Positions 10,402 through 20,999 are shown, numbered from the stretch's first letter. The stretch: DNA of 64,000 bases from Vulcanimicrobiota bacterium (GCA_963795855.1 CAWCIZ010000003.1:960001-1024000), one strand, 5' to 3'. The notes: a model not told the origin generated them from the sequence alone. Translations and numbers: made by a program.

Positions 10402-13316
10402 TTAGAAGTGGTAGTTCAGGAAGAACTCGACCGTTCGCGGATTCTGGGTTTGGTTTTGGTAGATGTAGCCGACGGGAGCGTAAGTTCCCGACTGCGGCCC
10501 GTTGTTGCTGAAGCAACCGGTGCCGATGCCGGCCGGTGCGTTCGAGTCCTGCCCGTTAAAGCACGGAATCGTGGCGCCGTCCCAATCGTGCAAGTTGTCC
10601 GTGAGGTTGATCACGCGTACGCCGACATCGTACCGCGAATTGAGCTCCTTGAGGATCGTCGCGTTGACTTTCCAGTAGCCCATCCCCTGGCCTTCGGGCG
10701 CCATGATCGGCGGCATCGTTTGGTTGAACGTTGCCGCGTCGCTGCCGCAGCTGTCCGGCTGCGAGTATTGGTCGTACGGCAACGGCGCACCGCTGGTGCT
10801 ATCGCGATCGATGCATCCGCCGGTGTTGTAGAAGTTGCCAAACGTGTAATACGCGTCGGGGATGAAATGCAGGCCGTTCTTGTGGATGTCCGCCACGAGC
10901 GTCGCAGAGAACGGCGCCGCGAGCGGGCTGCGCACCATCACGCCGCGCTGCGTGAAGTACGTATCGATGGGATAGTTGATGAACGCAACTTGTCCGAAGC
11001 TGCTGACCTGCGTCCAGTAGTTGTTCAACGAGGCCGAGAGCCAGAACGAGTTGCCTATCGGACCGTTTTCGACGTGCGAGAGTCCGAACTCGACGCCGAA
11101 GGAACGAATCTTCAGGTTATTTGCCAACTCCGGCGGCCCGTATTTCGGTGCCGGGTCGAGCGCGATCAGTGGCGAGTAACTTGCCAGGTAGTTGTTGGAG
11201 AAGCGGTAGTACGGTCCAACCTTGAGCGAGGTGCTCGGGTTGATCTGATGCTCCCACTGCAGGTCGAAACTCGTGTTCACCTGCGGTTTGTTGCTCGGCG
11301 TTTGCCCCGTCGAACTGATGCAGAACGGATTGTACGTGCACGATCCGAGCCGGTAGACGAACTCCGTGCCGATGAATTGCCCCGTGGTCGAGTACGACCA
11401 GCGAGTACGTCATTGGCGCCGAAGCGGTACGTGCCGAGCAAGGAAGGCGCAAGAAAACTCACTCTCGAGCGGCCGCCCGGGATGCCGTTCGGCTGCTGCG
11501 TCGTGGTGAAGTTCGGCTGCGCCGGGATGCCGTATGACAACATCGAGAAACGCAGGCCCGGTTCGATCGTCCACTTGCCGATGTTCATCGAAGCCTGCGC
11601 GTATGCGTACGGCGCGTGCGCCGGAATGTCGGTGTACGAGTTCAAGCACGAGAACGAGAACGTCGAGCCGCCGCATGGCGCATTCGGATTGTTCGGGTTG
11701 TTGAACCAATTCAGATAGCGGACGTCGCGCTTTTGGTTGTCGTACTCTTGGCCCACGCCGGCTTTGATGGTGAGATTTTCGTTCGGGGTGCTGGTGTAGT
11801 CGAGCTGGGCGTAGTAGTCGTTCCCGTAGCGGTTCTGATAATAGTCGCCGAGATCCATCGTGCATTCGCGGCCGGTGGCCGTGAGCGGCAGCGGCGATCC
11901 CGCCGCGTACGGATACGACGGACATCCGCTGCGCGGTGAACCGAACTCGGCAAGGTTCGGGTCCGTCAGCGGCTGATCGAAGATGTACTGGTTGAAGTTT
12001 TCCGCCAGACGCAGGGCAAAGCTCGAGTGGCTGTCGATGACGTGGTTCCACTGCACTTTGCCGATGCCGGAGTAGTGGCCGAGGAAGTTGCCCGAACCGT
12101 TCGAGAGTGCCGAAAAGTACAAGCCGCCGGGGCAGGTTTGCCCGTTCGGTGCGACGCCGCCCGTTGCGCCGGTGCGATTGGTGTCGTCCGCAACCGCGCC
12201 AGGGCACGGTTGGAGTGCGAGTAGCGGCGCCGTCGGCGTTCCGGAGTACAGCATGTAGTCGACTTTTTCGTTGTACAAGCTGTTTTGATACAGGAACTGG
12301 ATGTCGTCGCGCTGGCTCGGACGATAGTGGAAGTTTCCGATGACGTCGCGCGTGTAGATGTAACCCGGATTACTGGACGATATGCCGACTTGCGGAAGTG
12401 TAAACGAAATCGTCCCGTTGTTGAAATCGTTCTCGGAATTCGCGCCGTCGAACGCCAGGTAGTAGCTGAAACGCCGGTTCGGCGTCGCTCCGCCGTATTC
12501 GGCGCGCGCGTAGTGGTTGAATATGGTCGTCGTGAGGCCGAGGTTGACCGAACCGAACGCCGGATACGAACCCGTTTTTATGACCGAGTTGATCACGCCG
12601 ACGCCGTTGCCCGCATTCTGCGCGGACAAACCGCCGGTGTAGACTTCGACGTTTCCGATGCCGAGGTCGGTCAAGTTCGTCGTGAAGTATCCCGTCATGC
12701 GTTCGGTGATCGGAATGCCGTCGAGTTCGTAGCCGTTGTCCACGTCGTAGCCGCCGCGAATCGAGGGCTCCGCCGGGAAACCGCCGCCAATCGGCGTGAC
12801 GCCCGGAACGGTGTTGAGGTATTCGTAAATCGTATGGTGCAAATTATCGCCGCCGGTCGCAGCGTTCAGCTGCGAGCCGCTGACGTTGTACACGTCGGTG
12901 CCTTCATACGGCTTGACGAGGTTGCCGGCTGCGCGCGAACGCACCGATGCAATCGTCTTGAGCTCCTTGGTGAGCCGCATGTCCAGTTTGAAGACGAAGT
13001 CTTGCTGCACGGTCACGCCCGGTTGCGATGCGGGCGTGTATCCCTGCGCCTGGAACGAGACGGCGTAGGTGTCCGGAACCAGCGCCTGCAGCGAATAGAA
13101 GCCCGCACCGTTGGTCGTGGTGGACTGAGTGCCGCTGCCGGCAGCCGCGGTAACGTGAGCATCCGCAATCGGTGCTCCGGTCTGCGCGTCGCGAACGACA
13201 CCGGCGATGGTGCCGGTCGTGCCGGCGATGGCCGACGTGGGGGCGCAGATCGATGCGGCGACTGCAATACTGATTGCCGCCGCTCCGACCCGCCACCAGC
13301 GTTGGAGGTGTTTCAT
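10402..13316 (-). CDS. TonB-dependent receptor 2, paralog of TBDR1 (frameshift ~11400)
   Basis: Shares LKTIASVR, NLVKP..DVY.VSG.QL.AAT, YIFDQP..DPN and CP.YPY.AGSP with TBDR1; ends PRTVEFFLNYHF. Confidence 0.9.
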
Positions 13317-13460
13317 AGATATGTTGTCAGCTCCCGTAGGCCGCTCCGGCGTTGCTTCAGATGCATCCCGTCGTGGCGGCCGGACAAACGAAAAACGAGC
13401 GGCGTGTACCCACGCACGTTCGTTGGAGACATATGCGGTCAACGGCTCTTTAATCCTGCG
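13317..13460 (-). promoter_or_regulatory. Conserved TBDR leader, copy 2
   Basis: Colinear similarity to 10169-10307; hairpin at 13394-13424 followed by TTTCGTTT. Confidence 0.65.
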
Positions 13461-13475
13461 GACGAAGCCCGCATT

Positions 13476-14471
13476 CTAGACCATCGTTTTCGCAAGTCCT
13501 CGCGGAGCGTCGCTTTCGACGTAGCGCGCACGCCCGACGTAAAGGCCCAAAACTTGCGCGGCCACGAGCCACGCCAAGGTATTGAACGCCTCGCCGACGA
13601 CAGGCCCCAAAAGGGGGATGTCACCAATACGGCCTCCTATCGTGTATCGAAGGCTCTCCGCCTGCAGGGCCTCGACCAGCGGGCGATTCACGACATTACG
13701 GGACACGTCGTCGACGATGCCGATGATCGCGCAGGACGGATCCAGCATTGCCGCGCTTCCGTGACGGAACTCGCCCGCCGAGAACCCCTCGGCATGGATG
13801 TAACTGGCTTCCTTCAACTTCAGTGCGCATTCGTTCGCAACCGGCACACCGTATGCAGTGCCGACGATGACGACGCTTCGGCGCCGGGCGATGCGCTGGG
13901 CCGCGTCGTGAACGGTTTCGATTTCGCGCCCGTCGAGCCAGCCGCGCACGTCTTCGGCCGTTTCTATGAGCGTCGCTGCGCTGCGCGCATGGGAGCCGGA
14001 CATCAGCCCGGCCGCCCACAGCAAAATCGCCGCGGTTGCCGTAACGCTCTTGCTCGCGGGCACCGCTATCTCGGGACCTGCGCCAAGATCGATCGTCAGG
14101 TTTGCGCGGCGGCCCAAAATCGAGTCGGGTGTGTTCGTGAGGGCGATCAGTTCTTTCGGCGCGAGTATGTCGAGTGCGTCCAGTAAATCGGTCGAACGGC
14201 CGCTTTGCGAACACGCGATGACGATCGCGTTGCGGTACGCGACGTTGTCGAGCGGCGCTTCGGTCGCCGGCAGCGCGTGCGCGCGAATGCCGCGCCTGCG
14301 CAGCGCCAGCCCGCCCAGCTGCGCCATGAACAGCGAACTGCCGCTGCCCAAAAGCACGACGTCGCGGTCTTTGATCGCTCGCGCCAGCGACTCCGCCTTG
14401 TTCGAATCGGCAATCGTTCGCCAGACGTCGGGCTGTTCGCGGATTTCCCGTTCGAAGTGTGCTCCAAGCAT
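13476..14471 (-). CDS. Double SIS-domain sugar-phosphate isomerase/deaminase (GlmS C-terminal/NagB-II-like)
   Basis: REIREQP, GSGSS, SQSGRS, GPEIAVPASKS, ECALKLKE, EFRHG, PRGLAK; no glutaminase domain. Confidence 0.88.
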   Translation of the reverse strand: MLGAHFEREIREQPDVWRTIADSNKAESLARAIKDRDVVLLGSGSSLFMAQLGGLALRRRGIRAHALPATEAPLDNVAYRNAIVIACSQSGRSTDLLDALDILAPKELIALTNTPDSILGRRANLTIDLGAGPEIAVPASKSVTATAAILLWAAGLMSGSHARSAATLIETAEDVRGWLDGREIETVHDAAQRIARRRSVVIVGTAYGVPVANECALKLKEASYIHAEGFSAGEFRHGSAAMLDPSCAIIGIVDDVSRNVVNRPLVEALQAESLRYTIGGRIGDIPLLGPVVGEAFNTLAWLVAAQVLGLYVGRARYVESDAPRGLAKTMV

Positions 14472-15943
14472 TACTGAGTGGCAAGTTCCGAGAACACGTC
14501 GCCGCGCACCTTTGCAAGCGCCGCCCCGCCGCTCGGCTGCTGTTCGCCCATCCATTGGTTGATCAGCAGCGAGAACGTGATCGCGCCGTGCGTGCGCGTG
14601 CGCACGAAGCCGGAGATCGTGCGCACGTGGCTGATGCTGCCGGTCTTGGCAAAGACTTGCCGCTCCGCAGGCGTCTTGAGGAACGAATGCTGCAGGGTTC
14701 CGCGCACGCCCGACACCGGCAGCGCATCCAACACGACGTCGCGATTCGGGCCGTTCCAGTCGTACTGGAGAATCGCGACCAGATCCGAGGGCGTGATGCG
14801 ATCGTATTGGCTCAGGCCCGAGCCGTCGCCGATGGTGACCGTGTTGGGATCGACGCCGATCGATCGAAGAAAGTTCTGTTCGAGAAGCATGCCGTGATCG
14901 TCGGTCCCCGGTTCGCCCGCCTGCACGACGCCGAGTTCTTTGAGGAACAACTCGCCCATCAGATTATCGCTGGGATACCAGAAATCGGCCAGCAACTTCG
15001 GCATTTTTTCGGAAGCGTGCGACCATAATACCGGCGCCGCGGCGGGCGTCTTGCCGTCGTGCACGCCTCCGTTTACGGTAATGCCGTGCGCTGCCAGGGC
15101 GCGCGCAAAAACGTCGCCCGCATAACTCTCCGGATCGGGTACCGCGGGGTTGACGTCACCGGATTCTTTCGCGCCGAACGGGTAGCTGCCGTCGATCACG
15201 ATCGTATCGGGTTTGTTCCACGGCCGCGAAATGTCGGAAGTATCTTTCGATCCGGCAGCGCCGGTTACGAGTTCGTTGTCGATCGTATAAGCGCTCGACG
15301 CAGGCCACACCCGCAACTGCGCGAGCGAGCCCGGCGTCGCGCCGGGCGTAAACGTCATATGGACGACGCCCTCTTCCAACTCGAGCGCCGTGACCACCGG
15401 AGCGTAATAATACGGAAGGTCGTCCCACGACCAGCCGTAGCCATAGCGCTGGTTGTCGTAGCGCGACGCATCCGTGATGAGCGCGCCGTCGACGCGTTTG
15501 ATGCCTTGCGCGGCCAGCGCGGCAGCGGCGCCGTCCAAGTCTTGCGCAGTCAAGTGCGCGTCGCCGCCTCCGCGCAGATAGAGATTGCCGGCGATGACGC
15601 CGGCTGCGGGTTCGGCGTCGCTCGCGACGCTCGTGACGAAGGCGAAATTCGTGCCGAGCCGCTGCAGTGAAGCGGAACCGACGAGCAGTTTGAAGTTCGA
15701 CGCCGGCATGAACTCTTGCGACGCGTTCTGCGAGTACAGCGTCGTGCCGCGAACCGTGTCGCGTATCAGCAAGCCGACCTGCGCGCCGCGAAGCGCCGGA
15801 GCCGACAAAATGCGCGCGATCGATCGCGCAAGCGCGGCAATCTCACTCGGCTTCCACGGAACGCCGCCCGGCGCCGGTTTGGGAAGCGGTGCCGCGCCGA
15901 GAAGCAAACACGCGCAGACCAGCGTTGCCAGCGTTTTACGCAT
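14471..15943 (-). CDS. dacB: D-Ala-D-Ala carboxypeptidase/endopeptidase (PBP4, peptidase S13)
   Basis: PASNFK (SxxK), SDN, DGSGLS, AKTGS; signal peptide. Confidence 0.93.
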   Translation of the reverse strand: MRKTLATLVCACLLLGAAPLPKPAPGGVPWKPSEIAALARSIARILSAPALRGAQVGLLIRDTVRGTTLYSQNASQEFMPASNFKLLVGSASLQRLGTNFAFVTSVASDAEPAAGVIAGNLYLRGGGDAHLTAQDLDGAAAALAAQGIKRVDGALITDASRYDNQRYGYGWSWDDLPYYYAPVVTALELEEGVVHMTFTPGATPGSLAQLRVWPASSAYTIDNELVTGAAGSKDTSDISRPWNKPDTIVIDGSYPFGAKESGDVNPAVPDPESYAGDVFARALAAHGITVNGGVHDGKTPAAAPVLWSHASEKMPKLLADFWYPSDNLMGELFLKELGVVQAGEPGTDDHGMLLEQNFLRSIGVDPNTVTIGDGSGLSQYDRITPSDLVAILQYDWNGPNRDVVLDALPVSGVRGTLQHSFLKTPAERQVFAKTGSISHVRTISGFVRTRTHGAITFSLLINQWMGEQQPSGGAALAKVRGDVFSELATQ

Positions 15944-17222
15944 CGCAGTCGCCCCGTAGCACGTCGTCAACGGACTCGCGCCTGGCAATGAGGCGGTGCG
16001 TTCCGCCGCGCACCGCGACGACGGCCGGGCGGGTGAAGCGATTGTAGTTGCTGGCCATACTGTACGTGTAAGCTCCTGTAGTGCACATTGCAAGCAGATC
16101 CCCCGCGCGCAGATCGCCGGGCAGCTTGGCGTTGCCGAGTCGATCGTTTTCGCACGTTCGTCCACAGAGAACGGTTTCCGTGGCGTTCGCCGGTTCGCGC
16201 GAAGCCGCAACGACGTGATGATATGCGTCGTACAATGCGGGGCGCGGATTTTCGTACACGCCTCCGTCGACGATCGCGTAGGGGCGGCCGAATTCGGATT
16301 TTGCCGCCATCACGCTGTAGAGCGAGGTTCCCGCATGCGCGACGAGCGCGCGGCCCGGCTCGATGCCGATTCGCGGCCGCGGTATTCCCAGGCGCTCGGC
16401 ATCCGCCGCGACCGAACTTGCAATCGCGGAGAGCGTCGCCCGCAGATCGAGCGGCGATCGCTGGTCGGGGTGCATCTGCACGCCGAAGCCGCCGCCTACG
16501 ATCACGTGTTTCGAGGCAAAGCCAAGTTGCGCGCAATGCGCGGCGCGTTCCATCAGCGCCTGAGCGTTTGCGACGAACGCGTCGCGCTCGTAGATCTGCG
16601 AGCCGATATGCGCGTGCAAACCCATGAAGCGCAAATTCGAATGCGCCTTCAGCAAGGCGAGCGCACGGGGCAATGCATCGGGATCGAAGCCGAATTTCGT
16701 TTTGTCGCCGCCGGTTCGAACGAACTCGTGCGTATGCGCTTCGATGCCGGTGTTCAGGCGAAGCAGCAGCGCGATCGGACGATCGCCGCTGCCGCGTTGC
16801 GCCAGGCGCTCGAGTTCGTCCTGATTGTCGACGATGATTCGCCCGACGCGCCCTCCGGCGGCCGCGTCGAGTTCCTCATCAGTCTTCCCGCAGCCGTGCA
16901 TGCTGATCCGCTCGGCGGGAAACGCCGCGCGCTCCGCAGCCGCGAGTTCGCCCAACGAGCAGACGTCCAGATGGAGCGGCGTATGCTTGAGATGGCGCGC
17001 GAGGGCCACGAGCAGCAACGCCTTGCCGGCGTACGCGACTTCGATATCGTGCGGTGCGCAGGCATCGCAGAATGCCGCAATAGCGGCATCGAGCACGTCG
17101 TAGTCGATTGCGACGAGCGGCGTGCCGTACGTACGCGCGAGCTCCGTCGCACGCGCGCCGCCGATTGCAAGCTCGCCGCCGATCCTGCTGTGTCCCGGCG
17201 CAAGCGTCCCGTCCCAATGCAT
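15936..17222 (-). CDS. lysA: Diaminopimelate decarboxylase
   Basis: YGTPL, YAGKA, KFG, HAHIGSQI, EPGR, RPALY, CE, GAY..SMASNYN. Confidence 0.93.
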   Translation of the reverse strand: MHWDGTLAPGHSRIGGELAIGGARATELARTYGTPLVAIDYDVLDAAIAAFCDACAPHDIEVAYAGKALLLVALARHLKHTPLHLDVCSLGELAAAERAAFPAERISMHGCGKTDEELDAAAGGRVGRIIVDNQDELERLAQRGSGDRPIALLLRLNTGIEAHTHEFVRTGGDKTKFGFDPDALPRALALLKAHSNLRFMGLHAHIGSQIYERDAFVANAQALMERAAHCAQLGFASKHVIVGGGFGVQMHPDQRSPLDLRATLSAIASSVAADAERLGIPRPRIGIEPGRALVAHAGTSLYSVMAAKSEFGRPYAIVDGGVYENPRPALYDAYHHVVAASREPANATETVLCGRTCENDRLGNAKLPGDLRAGDLLAMCTTGAYTYSMASNYNRFTRPAVVAVRGGTHRLIARRESVDDVLRGDCDA

Positions 17223-17282
17223 AGATTTTTTGACTTTGCCGTTACGGGAGCCCGATGCCTGCCGTCAAATGAGTGCACGGTG

Positions 17283-17888
17283 ATGAAAGAACGCGCGGTC
17301 GAGAACCGCATCGAAACGTATCCGCATTGGAAATTGCACGAGTGGGCGCCGTCTTTGCCGCAAGGAAAAATCGAGCGCATTTACACGCACTGGTCGGCGC
17401 ACGATTATCACTCCGTTTATCCGGCGTATCATTTCTGCGTTACGTCGAACGAAGACGGCGAACTGCTCGTGGTGAACACGCACGACGTCCGCGAAAACAT
17501 GCGGGACGTCTACAAGTCTCCCGACGATCCGTATGCCGCGCATACGCGCGGGCGTAACTCCTATGCGCTCGGCATTTCCATCATGGCGATGGAAAACGCC
17601 GCGCCGCACGACTTCGGCGCCTATCCGCTCACGGAAAAATTGATCGACGGCCTTTGTCTGCTCGCCGCGAAACTCGCGAAGTACTACGGCGTGCCCATCG
17701 ACGCCGAGCACGTCATGTCGCACGCGGAGGCGGCGTTACACGACGGCTATTTCGGCACCGCGCCCGAGGAGCGTTGGGACATCGCTCGTCTCGCTGCGGA
17801 CGGCCGCCCGCTCGTCCCCCAAGACGGCGTCGATGTGGGAAACGAGCTCAGGCGCCGCATGCTCGCATTTTTTGCCGGCCTCGAATAG
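17283..17888 (+). CDS. N-acetylmuramoyl-L-alanine amidase-like protein (Amidase_2/PGRP fold)
   Basis: IYTHWSA, AYHF, AHTRGRNSYALGIS, HVMSHAE. Confidence 0.75.
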   Translation: MKERAVENRIETYPHWKLHEWAPSLPQGKIERIYTHWSAHDYHSVYPAYHFCVTSNEDGELLVVNTHDVRENMRDVYKSPDDPYAAHTRGRNSYALGISIMAMENAAPHDFGAYPLTEKLIDGLCLLAAKLAKYYGVPIDAEHVMSHAEAALHDGYFGTAPEERWDIARLAADGRPLVPQDGVDVGNELRRRMLAFFAGLE

Positions 17889-17903
17889 GCCGAGTGTCTC
17901 GGC

Positions 17904-17932
17904 TTGTGCCGACAGCAAAGCGGCCGTAAGAT
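17904..17932 (+). promoter_or_regulatory. Putative sigma70 promoter for the 60-aa gene
   Basis: TTGTGC-N17-TAAGAT immediately after hairpin GCCGAG-TGT-CTCGGC (17889-17903). Confidence 0.4.
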
Positions 17933-17955
17933 TGCGGGGTAGGAGGGCCCTTTCC

Positions 17956-18138
17956 ATGAACCCGACCTCGCAACAAGCACCGCCGCAAGAGCATCTCATC
18001 GCCGTCGCCCATTATTTGATCGACTGCGTGGCTGCACAAAGCGGTCCCAACACCGATTTTGGTGCCGTGCAGCCGAAACCGCCGACGCCGCATGCGCTGC
18101 AGTCGGTCTGCGAATTCTTACAGCAATCAGGTTCCTAG
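17956..18138 (+). CDS. Small hypothetical protein (60 aa)
   Basis: Strong RBS AGGAGG at 17941, ATG at 17956; fills the gap between the amidase and the regulator. Confidence 0.6.
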   Translation: MNPTSQQAPPQEHLIAVAHYLIDCVAAQSGPNTDFGAVQPKPPTPHALQSVCEFLQQSGS

Positions 18139-20933
18139 CGCGACTTCGACGCAACCTGCCGTAGAGAGCGCCTTCGCCTTCAACCGACCCGCGTTGAATG
18201 CGGGCGCGTTCTCTTGCAGCGCCGCGGCGACGTACTCGTCGTGCGTCCGCCGGTCGTGAGGCCGCATCTCGACTACGAGTTCTTCGCGCAAGCGCGCGGC
18301 GGATTCACTGAGCAGCCCCGCACGTTCGTACGCATGCTCGCGAACGGCGAGCGCCGCAAGGGCATCCAGTACGAGCGCGATCCACGAACGCTGCTTTTCG
18401 CGTTCCCATAGGCGCAGCGCTTCGATGAAGTCGCTCTTGGCTTCATCGAAACGTTCCAGCGCGAATTTCGCTTGCGCCATCGCGTAGTGTGAGAGCGCGA
18501 TGCCGTAGACGTGTCCGAGCGTACGGCGGATATCGTAGCTTTCCGTCACCATCGCGAGCGCCTCCTCGTAGCGTTCTTCTTCGAACGCTACGCCGGCCAG
18601 ATGGTACAAAACCCAAGCGATGCTCTCCGCGCCGCCCAGCGCGCGGTAGATATCGAGGCTTTCGCCGAGCACCCCGCGCGCTTCGTCGAAGCGGCGCAGC
18701 GATGTATATTCCGCTCCGAGATTGTCGAGCGCCCGCGCCGTCTTCACGTCGTCGTGCGCGCGCCGCGCACAATCTAGCGAAGCGGAAAACGCTTCGCGCG
18801 CTCGTTCTACGTCGCCTCGTTCGTGCGCCACCACGCCGGCCGCATGATGCAATTCCGCCATTGCCTGCTCGTCGAGATTTGCGGCGCCAGTCTCGAGTTG
18901 CAGCAGCGATTCCGCGTGCGTGACGTCTCCGAGCAGCGTCGCAAGCACGGCAGCGGCGGCGTGACAGCGAGCGCGCACGGAGTCATCTTGCGCGTGCAAC
19001 GCGAACCTTTCCATCCACTGCTGCGCTTCGGCATACGATCCTCGGGTCAGCCAATAGCGATATAACGCGAGCGCGAACGGCGCTCCCCATAACGCGTTGC
19101 CGCCGTCGGCAATCTGCAGCAACGCCGCAATGTTTGCGCGTTCGTCGTGCAATGCATCGAGCGCCGTACTCTGCTGCGGACCATGCAGTTTTCCAGCCAG
19201 CCCCTCGATGTGCGCGCGATAGTACTCCACGAACGACCGCGCGGCATCGGCGGCTTCCTCATCGCTCGTGTGCCGCAGCGCGAATCCCCGCACGCTTTGG
19301 TAGAGCGCGTGGCGGCGCCCGGAATGGGCATCGAACGAATGGCCGAACGATTTTTCGAGAAGCGAAGCCGCGCCCTCGGCGCACACGGCTTGCGCTGCTT
19401 CCACCGTCCAGGAATCCGGAAACACGGTCAGCATTCGCAAACAGCGGCTTTGCTGCGGCGAGAGAAGTAAATCACTCCACGCGATCGTGTCGTGCAGCGT
19501 TTTATGATGGGTCGGTCCCGAGCGTTGCGTTCCGCTCGGCGATGACGTATCGCCGTGTAATGCCTGCGCGATCGCGTGAAGCGGTAAAATCGTGCAGCGC
19601 GCCGCGGCGAGCTCGAGAGCCAGTGGAATTCCCTCGAGCGCAACGCAAAGCTGGTCGAGCGCCCGGACGTCCGCGGCGGCGTCAGGCCCTCCGGCGGCGG
19701 TGACGCGATCCGAGAGCAAACGCCGCGCGTCGGAAAGCGGCAGCGGCTCGATGCGCACGAGAGCTTCCCGCCGATCTTGAGCGGCTCGCGCGAGGTCACC
19801 AGTACCGAGAGGTTCGGACAGCGCGCGAGCAGTTCTTCAATGGCGTTGCCCGCGTCTTCCACCAGATGCTCCGCATTGTCGACGAGCAGCAGCACCGCGC
19901 CGTCCGCGATGGTGCGGCACAACGCTTCGGCCGCAGCTTCCTGCGGCTGGCGTCGCACTCGCAGCGCGGAAAGAAATGCGTCGAACATTTCCGCCGAACT
20001 GCGGGCGCCGGCGAGCTGGACGTACCACGTCTCGTTGCGATCGCCGCGCGTTCCGTGCGCGTAATGCAGCGCGAGGCGCGTCTTTCCGACGCCCGGCGCT
20101 CCGCAAATCGTAATGGTGCGACGCGACGCATAGAGCGTGGCCAGTCGTGCAATTTCGGTTTCGCGGCCGATGAACGGATCGGACTCGTACGGCAGATTGT
20201 GGGTACGGCGAACCGGCGGCGCACTGCTCAGATTTTCGTATAGACGCGCCGTTTCCGCGTCGGGTTCGACCGCGAATTCCGCGCGCAGCTTCTCCGCGAA
20301 AGCGCGATACGAAGAGAGCGCGCCGGCGCGATCGCCGTAATTCACTTGCGCGTTCATCAGCGCGCGCAGCGCGTCTTCCCGAAACGGATCCACCGCGAGC
20401 AGGCCGCGCGCATAATCTGCGGCTGCGGCGTCATTCTCGAGCAGGGCGGTCTCCATCGCCGCAGCCAGCACTGCGGCGAAACGCTCGCGAACGCGATCGC
20501 GGAATGGAGCCAGCCATTCGTCTTCGACACGCGTCATCAATCCGCCACGATAGATTTGCAGCGCGCGTGCTGCTGATTCCGCGGTGATCGCCGGCTCCCC
20601 GAGCAGCCTTTCGAGTTCCCAGACGTCGCACGAAACGCCACCGCGGCGCAGCGAGAGCGTCGTGGACGTCACTTCAAGCGCCGTGCCTGCTGGAAGAAGG
20701 CTTTGCAGGCGGTGCACGGCGCGCCGCAAGTTCGCGCGCGCGGCGCTTTCCGTTTCATCGGGCCAAAGCGCGAACGCGGCTTGATCCCGGCGGACTGCCG
20801 CAGGATGCAGTGCGAGAAATGCCAGAATTGCCGGCAGACGCGGAAAGCCGGCAAACGACACGGCACGGCCGTCCACGAACAGTCCGGGTTCGCCGAACAG
20901 GCGCAATTCGACCGTTTGCACTGCAATGGCCAT
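18127..20933 (-). CDS. AfsR/SARP-family regulator: wHTH + BTAD + NB-ARC/STAND ATPase + TPRs (frameshift ~19765)
   Basis: ELRLFG, ARANLR, DPFREDA, HNLP...FIGRE.E, GAPGVGKT, LLLVDNAEH, TSREPL, GIPLALELAAA, TPR helices. Confidence 0.9.
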
Positions 20934-20999
20934 CGAGAGACCTCGGCCTTTAGCATACTGCATGACGCACGCGGGCGTCTGCGGCGGGGAAGCGAGCGG

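Noticed and set aside
10169..10516. Long N-terminal coding extensions of the TBDRs given by the ORF track
   Set aside because: Signal peptides and SD-like GGAG fit the ATGs at 10168 and 13316; shared leader nucleotides fall in different frames toward the 3' end.
13317..13470. glmS ribozyme, cobalamin or c-di-GMP riboswitch next to the SIS gene/TBDR
   Set aside because: Core consensus motifs of these families are not visible, and the element is downstream, not upstream, of the SIS gene.
12285..14186. Long alternative-frame ORFs (e.g. 12285-14186 +, 2857-4605 -, 32550-34199 -, 5' part of 43637-46411 +)
   Set aside because: Shadow ORFs of recognisable genes in a GC-rich sequence; Arg/Ala-rich with no motifs.
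17229..17269. Lysine riboswitch or operator upstream of lysA
   Set aside because: The intergenic region is only ~60 nt, too short for the aptamer; the TTTGAC/GTCAAA repeat is explicable as opposing -35 boxes.
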